NCBI GenBank assembly: GCA_016840095.1
Contig: JAEOSZ010000066.1
Coordinates: 32,001-96,000, forward strand
Direction: 5' to 3'
DNA: 64,000 nt
DNA from: Candidatus Heimdallarchaeota archaeon
GTDB taxonomy: Archaea > Asgardarchaeota > Heimdallarchaeia > Heimdallarchaeales > Heimdallarchaeaceae
This document shows, one piece after another, positions 58,600-64,000 of the stretch (position 1 is its first letter; every line of letters begins with the position of its first letter). The position numbers and the translations under genes were made by a program. The notes beneath the pieces are model-generated. The model was not told the DNA's origin. It saw only the letters and a list, made by a program, of their open reading frames with translations, and ran no database searches.

Positions 58600-59037
58600 T
58601 CATTCAGGATTAAGTAGAAGTAATTTAAACTCATCATCAAGTGATCTAGTTAATGCTTCTTCAGTTTCAATAATTACGAACTCACCTGTTACTGTAATTT
58701 TATTGCCAGGTAATAAATGCCCACCAAAAGTATGTCCCTTCGGATCACCAACTAGCATATGTAAATGAGCTATGTACTCTCCTGTTTCAGCATTCCTTGC
58801 AATATTGCCAGTACAATTTAGTATTTCAGCATTGAAATTATAATCGTTTTTGAGATAGGTTTTCTTATCTAAATCAAAATATCCCAATGAGGGATTGCCA
58901 ACAGCTCCTATTCCAAGAACTGCACCAGAGACTATTTTGTGCTCTTTACAATAAGAGATTACACATTCAAGTATGTCGTCACCTTTCTCTAGTTTAAGAT
59001 AGTGTACTTCTTTCAATTTGCTAGTTATTGATTTCAT
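58600..59037 (-). CDS. PPC/DUF296 domain protein
   Basis: L.KGDDI, GIGAV, GNI, HLH and FGGHL. Confidence 0.92.
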   Translation of the reverse strand: MKSITSKLKEVHYLKLEKGDDILECVISYCKEHKIVSGAVLGIGAVGNPSLGYFDLDKKTYLKNDYNFNAEILNCTGNIARNAETGEYIAHLHMLVGDPKGHTFGGHLLPGNKITVTGEFVIIETEEALTRSLDDEFKLLLLNPE

Positions 59038-59236
59038 GAAATAAACAATAATTGGTAATAAATAAAATTAGCGGGGCAGATAAATCATCTGTTGATTTTA
59101 TTAATTGAAATAAATGTTATAAATCAGACACATATTCTGAATCAATCAATACAGATAGTAAAGATATATAATTGGTATCTTTTATTAATAGCTAAATACA
59201 GTAATTGTGCTTTATAGAATACAGTGAAATAGAAAA

Positions 59237-62014
59237 GTGGGTATATTTCAAGTGAAAAATGACAAAGGTCTCATGAGTTTTATTCAGGATTCAAAGAAAG
59301 TGGATTCAAAAAGTAAAGATGAAGAAGATAGCAAATCACACTCTAAAACAAATAAAGATGAAACAGAATCCAACACATCACGAAATTACAGTAGAGGTTT
59401 TAACAATAATCAAAAAGAAGAAACTTCTGAAAAAAAAGGGAGTAAGTATGTTAATCTTGCTCCAGAGAATTTATCCCCATCTTATCTTATTGATGTGAAA
59501 TATGATGGTAAAAAAGAACAAGCTTATGTGAAACTGTATAATCCTGAACAAAAGAAGGTTTTTAGGTGGTATGATACAACAAATCATTTACCTTATTTAC
59601 TCACAACAGTAAACAAAACTGAAGTTGACAAAATTCTTTCAAATGAAAAGGAGTTTGTGGGTTGTGAGGTTGTTAAGAAGTACAGTTTGCTTAATGAAAA
59701 AGAATTAACTTTAACAAAAGTATTTGCTGCAAATCCTTTAGTTATTGGTGGTAGAGAGAATAGTTATAGAGAAAGAATCAGTCCTTCTTTTGAGGCTAAT
59801 ATCAGATATCATTTGAATTATATTTATGATAATAAACTAGTTCCAGGATTATTTTATGAAGTTAAAAACAATAAACTCAAAATAGTAGAACCTAAGATTT
59901 CTAATGATTTAAAGAATAATATACTTAAGATATTTGAGGGACAATCATCTGAAATCTTGCAACTTGTAGAACAATATCTTCCAATTTTCTTTGCCCCCAT
60001 TCCAAGGATAAAAAGATGTTCAGTTGATATTGAAGTGGAAAGTGAGAAAAACAAAATTCCAGATCCTCATGCAGGTAAACAAAAGGTCATTTCTATTTCA
60101 ATAACTAACCAAGACAATGAAACTGTAGTTTATGTTCTAAACGAAGATAAAATAGCGATAAATCAAACCAAGGTTTCAACTAATTTTATAGAATTTGAGA
60201 ATGAGAAAAATCTGCTAATAGCTGTTTTCGAGGAGATGAGCAAATATCCTATCGTCGTTACTTTTAATGGGGATAACTTTGATTTCTTGTATCTAGATAA
60301 CAGAGCAAAAAGATTGGAAATTGAAGAGGAATTAAATCCATTCGTAAGAACACGATCTCAGGATATCTATTTGACTCACTCAATACATTTAGATCTCTAT
60401 AGATTCTTTAGACAGCCAGCTATTCGAATCTATGCTTTTGGAGGGGTTTATGATAGAGTTACTCTAGACGAGCTTGGAAAAACTATTTTGAATAAAGAAA
60501 AACTCAAACTAGACAAAGACATTTGGGATTTGAGTCTGGAAGAACTCATTGAATACAATGGAAGAGACTCAGAAATTACTTATGAATTAACTAGTTACAA
60601 TAATGATCAAGTTATTGATTTAATAGTAATGCTTTCTCGAATTACAAAAATGCCAATAGATGACTTCACTCGAGCTAGTATAAGCATATGGATTCAAAAT
60701 TGGATGTATTTTGAACATAGAATTAGAAATTATCTGATTCCTAGAAGAGAAGACATACTCCAATTGAAGGGGGATACTTCAACTGAAGCCATTATTAAAG
60801 GAAAGAAGTACCAAGGAGCAATTGTTATAGAACCTCAAGTTGGTGTTTGGTGGGATGTTCATGTTCTAGATTTTGCAAGTCTATATCCTTCTCTAATAAA
60901 AACTAGAAATCTTTCTTATGAAACTCTAAATTGCAGTCATGCAGAATGTAAGAAGAACAAAATACCAGAAACAAACCATTGGATTTGTGATAAACATGTT
61001 GGAATGAGTTCTATGCTAATAGGATTCATCAGAGATATCCGTGTTTACTGGTTTAAAGACAGAGCAAAAGACCCATCTTTAAGTGAAGATGAAAGAAAGC
61101 TTAGTGATGTAACACAGTCCTCTTTGAAGGTTTTACTCAATGCATCATATGGAGTCTTCGGTTCAGATAATTTTGCCTTATATTGTCCTCCAGTAGCCGA
61201 ATCTACTGCAGCACTTGCCCGTGAAGCTATCTCAAAAACTAAGCAATATAGTGAAGAAAAACTAGGCTTACAGGTTTTGTATGGAGACACAGATAGTATA
61301 TTCATTCATAAGCCAACTCCTGAGAACATTAAGGAATTAGAAGAATGGAGTATGAATACATTCCAAATTGAATTGGGAACCGATTATGTTTTTCGTTATT
61401 GTGGTCTTTCAGATAGAAAGAAGAACTATTTTGGTATCACAACTAAGGGATATCCTATTGTTAAGGGGCTTATGGGTAAGAAAAAAAATACCCCAACATT
61501 AGCAAAAAAACCTTTTGAAAAAGCTCTTGAAATCCTTACTGAAGTGCAAAATCCACAAGACTTAGAAGATGCAAAGAAAAAGATAGTAAAGACAATACAA
61601 TTTGTTAACCAGAGTATATCTAAAAGAAATTTTGAACTTGAGGATTTAGCTATTAGTGTTACTCTTTCTAAAAAGATTGATCAATACGATAGCTGGACGC
61701 AACCATTACAAGCTGCAGTTCAACTAATTCTAGCATATCCAGAAGGCGAAAAACCAACTGTAGGTAGCTTAATTAGCTTTATCAAAACCAAACCATTCAA
61801 AATACAAACTCAATCTATCAAATTATCTGATAAACTAAGTAGAGGTGGTGAATGTTCAGTAAAACCTCTTCAATTGGCTGAAAAATCTGACGTGGATATA
61901 CCTAAAGTTAAAGAACTACTTAAATCTACATTATTACAACTGCTGGATACCATAGGTATTTCCTGGGAAGAATCAATTGAAGGACAAAAATCACTTGATT
62001 CTTGGTTTAGTTAA
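59237..62014 (+). CDS. polB1: Family B DNA polymerase (PolB1 type)
   Basis: YDG...AY.KLY.P...WYD.T.HLPY N-domain, DIEV, FNGDNFD, DFASLYPS, K...NASYG, YGDTDS, KKNY and C-terminal PIP QKSLDSWF. Confidence 0.95.
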   Translation: MGIFQVKNDKGLMSFIQDSKKVDSKSKDEEDSKSHSKTNKDETESNTSRNYSRGFNNNQKEETSEKKGSKYVNLAPENLSPSYLIDVKYDGKKEQAYVKLYNPEQKKVFRWYDTTNHLPYLLTTVNKTEVDKILSNEKEFVGCEVVKKYSLLNEKELTLTKVFAANPLVIGGRENSYRERISPSFEANIRYHLNYIYDNKLVPGLFYEVKNNKLKIVEPKISNDLKNNILKIFEGQSSEILQLVEQYLPIFFAPIPRIKRCSVDIEVESEKNKIPDPHAGKQKVISISITNQDNETVVYVLNEDKIAINQTKVSTNFIEFENEKNLLIAVFEEMSKYPIVVTFNGDNFDFLYLDNRAKRLEIEEELNPFVRTRSQDIYLTHSIHLDLYRFFRQPAIRIYAFGGVYDRVTLDELGKTILNKEKLKLDKDIWDLSLEELIEYNGRDSEITYELTSYNNDQVIDLIVMLSRITKMPIDDFTRASISIWIQNWMYFEHRIRNYLIPRREDILQLKGDTSTEAIIKGKKYQGAIVIEPQVGVWWDVHVLDFASLYPSLIKTRNLSYETLNCSHAECKKNKIPETNHWICDKHVGMSSMLIGFIRDIRVYWFKDRAKDPSLSEDERKLSDVTQSSLKVLLNASYGVFGSDNFALYCPPVAESTAALAREAISKTKQYSEEKLGLQVLYGDTDSIFIHKPTPENIKELEEWSMNTFQIELGTDYVFRYCGLSDRKKNYFGITTKGYPIVKGLMGKKKNTPTLAKKPFEKALEILTEVQNPQDLEDAKKKIVKTIQFVNQSISKRNFELEDLAISVTLSKKIDQYDSWTQPLQAAVQLILAYPEGEKPTVGSLISFIKTKPFKIQTQSIKLSDKLSRGGECSVKPLQLAEKSDVDIPKVKELLKSTLLQLLDTIGISWEESIEGQKSLDSWFS

Positions 62015-62019
62015 GTGGG

Positions 62020-62742
62020 GTGTTTTCACTGCCAGAAGCTACAATGATTAGAATTTCACAAAAATCCCTCAATATTGAGAGTCTGAATGATTTATACTCA
62101 GCTCTTGAGGAAGAACCTGTAACCATAAAAAGATTATTTGACCCTCGTTTCTCTAGATCCGGAGATGATTTAGTTATTGAAGGAGATATTGACAAAATTC
62201 TAGATAAGTTAACTCAAGATCTTCCTCGAATTATTTCTATTAGATTCAAAACAAATGATCTCAATACAATATTAGAATCGAAGTCAGCATTGAATATTGA
62301 ACATGGAGATACTAAGATATTCTTTGGTACATCACTCGTTGATTATGAACATCTATACTCTAGGCTTCGGATAAATGATAAACCAAAGATACTATCTCTT
62401 CTTTTCAGAACCCAATTAGGAGGAAAATTTCTTTCACTAATGCCAGTGAAAATAAAAGGGGTTGTTGTAACAAATAAAGTTAGTAACACTGTCGAATTTA
62501 TTCTTCCCTCACAAAGGATTATTACTTTGCGAAGCTGGTTAGATGTCTTGAAATCTAATTCCAACGTAGATTTTGATACGCTAGTAGATATATTTCGAAA
62601 GACTGATCCAAATATGCGAAAGGAGATGGAAGATTCAATGAATTGGATTAATCTTCAGCTTCCAGAAATAGTAGCTAAATCCTCAGTAATAGAAAATATC
62701 GACATAGTTAGAGCCTATCAGAGTACTTTAAACTTAATGTAG
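62020..62742 (+). CDS. Hypothetical protein co-transcribed with polB1
   Basis: 240-aa ORF starting 5 bp after the polB stop. Confidence 0.7.
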   Translation: MFSLPEATMIRISQKSLNIESLNDLYSALEEEPVTIKRLFDPRFSRSGDDLVIEGDIDKILDKLTQDLPRIISIRFKTNDLNTILESKSALNIEHGDTKIFFGTSLVDYEHLYSRLRINDKPKILSLLFRTQLGGKFLSLMPVKIKGVVVTNKVSNTVEFILPSQRIITLRSWLDVLKSNSNVDFDTLVDIFRKTDPNMRKEMEDSMNWINLQLPEIVAKSSVIENIDIVRAYQSTLNLM

Positions 62743-62816
62743 GCTTGAAGTTTACTGACACGAAGAGTTAAAGTTAAAAACATTCCTACTTTTTATGCTC
62801 TGAAGGAGACAAATCA

Positions 62817-63500
62817 ATGAAAATGAAAAGTAAAATTCTCTTGATAGCAACTCTAACATCCTTATTGTTCTATGTTCAATTTGCTAATAGTTATGTCCCA
62901 GGACAAACATTGGTAATTGATCAAGTAATTATGGAAGATACTATAGTAGTAGACACTAACCTTAAAGTTGGAATTTTTGTTAAGAATTTCTTTAACTATA
63001 CAATTACAAATATCACAGTGTCATTAAATTTAACAAATGATGCTCCTTTTGTATTCAATTCAAGTTTACTAGGTCAAATTACTAATGGCAATGTAACACT
63101 CAATACAACCATTCAATCTCCTTCTGAATTTGGGTACTCACCAGTAAACATCACATATGGATTTATGACAACTGAATACTTAGAATATAATGTAACAATG
63201 CTGGAACCAGGAAAGAGTATGATCTTCTACTATAATTTGACCTCTGATACAAGTACAAGAAAAACAATTCCCTTTGTAGAAATGACATATTATGACAATT
63301 GGGAAGATCTTCAAGAAATAAATGGTCAAAATAATATCTTGGTTGAATTCATACCAGCAGAAGAAGTGCGAGATCCAGATTTACCACAATGGGATACAGG
63401 AAATCCAATATCAACAGCTTGGGCATGGGTTATTTTTGCTTTAGTACCAGCAGTAACTGCAGGTTTATCCGCATTCTTACTATATTTCAAGAGGAGATAA
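62817..63500 (+). CDS. Secreted, C-terminally anchored Ig-like (BatD/TRAP-beta-like) glycoprotein
   Basis: Signal peptide, V.N...ITNITV and LEPGKS...Y motifs, many sequons, TM followed by KRR. Confidence 0.65.
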   Translation: MKMKSKILLIATLTSLLFYVQFANSYVPGQTLVIDQVIMEDTIVVDTNLKVGIFVKNFFNYTITNITVSLNLTNDAPFVFNSSLLGQITNGNVTLNTTIQSPSEFGYSPVNITYGFMTTEYLEYNVTMLEPGKSMIFYYNLTSDTSTRKTIPFVEMTYYDNWEDLQEINGQNNILVEFIPAEEVRDPDLPQWDTGNPISTAWAWVIFALVPAVTAGLSAFLLYFKRR

Positions 63501-63531
63501 CAAACAACTTCTCTTTCCTACTCTTTCAATT

Positions 63532-63999
63532 TTATTTTGAATACTGATAAAATCCCTCTCCAGATTTTCTTCCCAGTTTTCCTTGTTTAACCAAATTCTT
63601 TAGTAGTGAACTTGGTTTGTATTGATCTCCATCTTGATTTGTTATATATTCTCCAATCTCTAACATAATATCAAGACCAATATAATCTGAAAGCTCAAAA
63701 GGTCCCATCGGATGATTAAGCCCAAGTTTTACAGCTGTATCTATGTCTTCTTTTTTTGCTACTTGAGATTCGATAAGTTTATAGGATTCATTTAGGAAAA
63801 CCCACAACAATCTATTAACGATAAATCCTGGAGTTTCATTCGAAATAACTGGAGTTTTATCTAGTTTTTCGCAGAAATCATTTATCCTTCCAATTGTTTC
63901 ATCATTGGTTTTTTCTCCTTTAATTACTTCTACTAATTTCATTAACATAGGTGGATTAAAGAAGTGAAGTCCTATGAACAAATCTTGTCTTTTAGTTGC
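63532..63999 (-). CDS. hbd: 3-hydroxyacyl-CoA dehydrogenase (C-terminal part; continues beyond the window)
   Basis: GLHFFNPP..MKLVEV, PGFIVNRL, HPMGPFEL.D.IGLD and LGRKSGEGFY. Confidence 0.93.
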   Translation of the reverse strand, partial: ATKRQDLFIGLHFFNPPMLMKLVEVIKGEKTNDETIGRINDFCEKLDKTPVISNETPGFIVNRLLWVFLNESYKLIESQVAKKEDIDTAVKLGLNHPMGPFELSDYIGLDIMLEIGEYITNQDGDQYKPSSLLKNLVKQGKLGRKSGEGFYQYSK

Positions 64000-64000
64000 A

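Noticed and set aside
59087-59156. Inverted repeat ATCTGTTGATT...AATCAATACAGAT upstream of polB1, as an sRNA or MITE
   Set aside because: AT-rich, single copy in the window, no consistent box geometry and no target-site duplication.
1-64000. CRISPR arrays, tRNA/rRNA genes, transposases, integrases, prophage or defence systems
   Set aside because: By eye I found no spaced direct repeats, no cloverleaf with T-loop consensus, no long GC-rich RNA tract and no such protein motifs.

Overview
AT-rich, gene-dense archaeal chromosome segment. Gene content points to an Asgard archaeon, probably Heimdallarchaeia-like (inference): archaeal informational genes (rpl15e, rps6e/15/3ae/24e/27ae, RNase P Pop5/Rpp30, TFB, RpoE'/Spt4, aIF2-gamma, ABCE1, IleRS, PolB1) sit alongside eukaryotic-signature proteins (UEV-Vps23-like ESCRT-I subunit, Rab-like GTPase, roadblock protein, WD40 protein). 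I see no rRNA, tRNA, CRISPR array or mobile element. Best leads: (1) a 7-gene tricarboxylate operon (HD protein, beta-decarboxylating dehydrogenase, two different aconitase-family dehydratases, one with an altered active site, and a non-canonical ATP-citrate-lyase-like pair); (2) a proline-rich protein with overlapping PTAP/PSAP motifs and a MIM1-like C-terminal helix encoded about 1.4 kb from the UEV-Vps23 gene; (3) two unannotated box C/D sRNAs with non-canonical, compensatorily changed boxes, one predicting the universal P-loop Gm2251; (4) a Rab/roadblock/dead-KaiC/coiled-coil-wHTH module; (5) a catalytically degenerate GAN/Cdc45; (6) a TIGR03916/TIGR03915-like repair pair with PCNA PIP-like tails. 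rps27ae (41968-42135) is missing from the supplied ORF track. All family assignments come from motif recognition by eye, not database searches.
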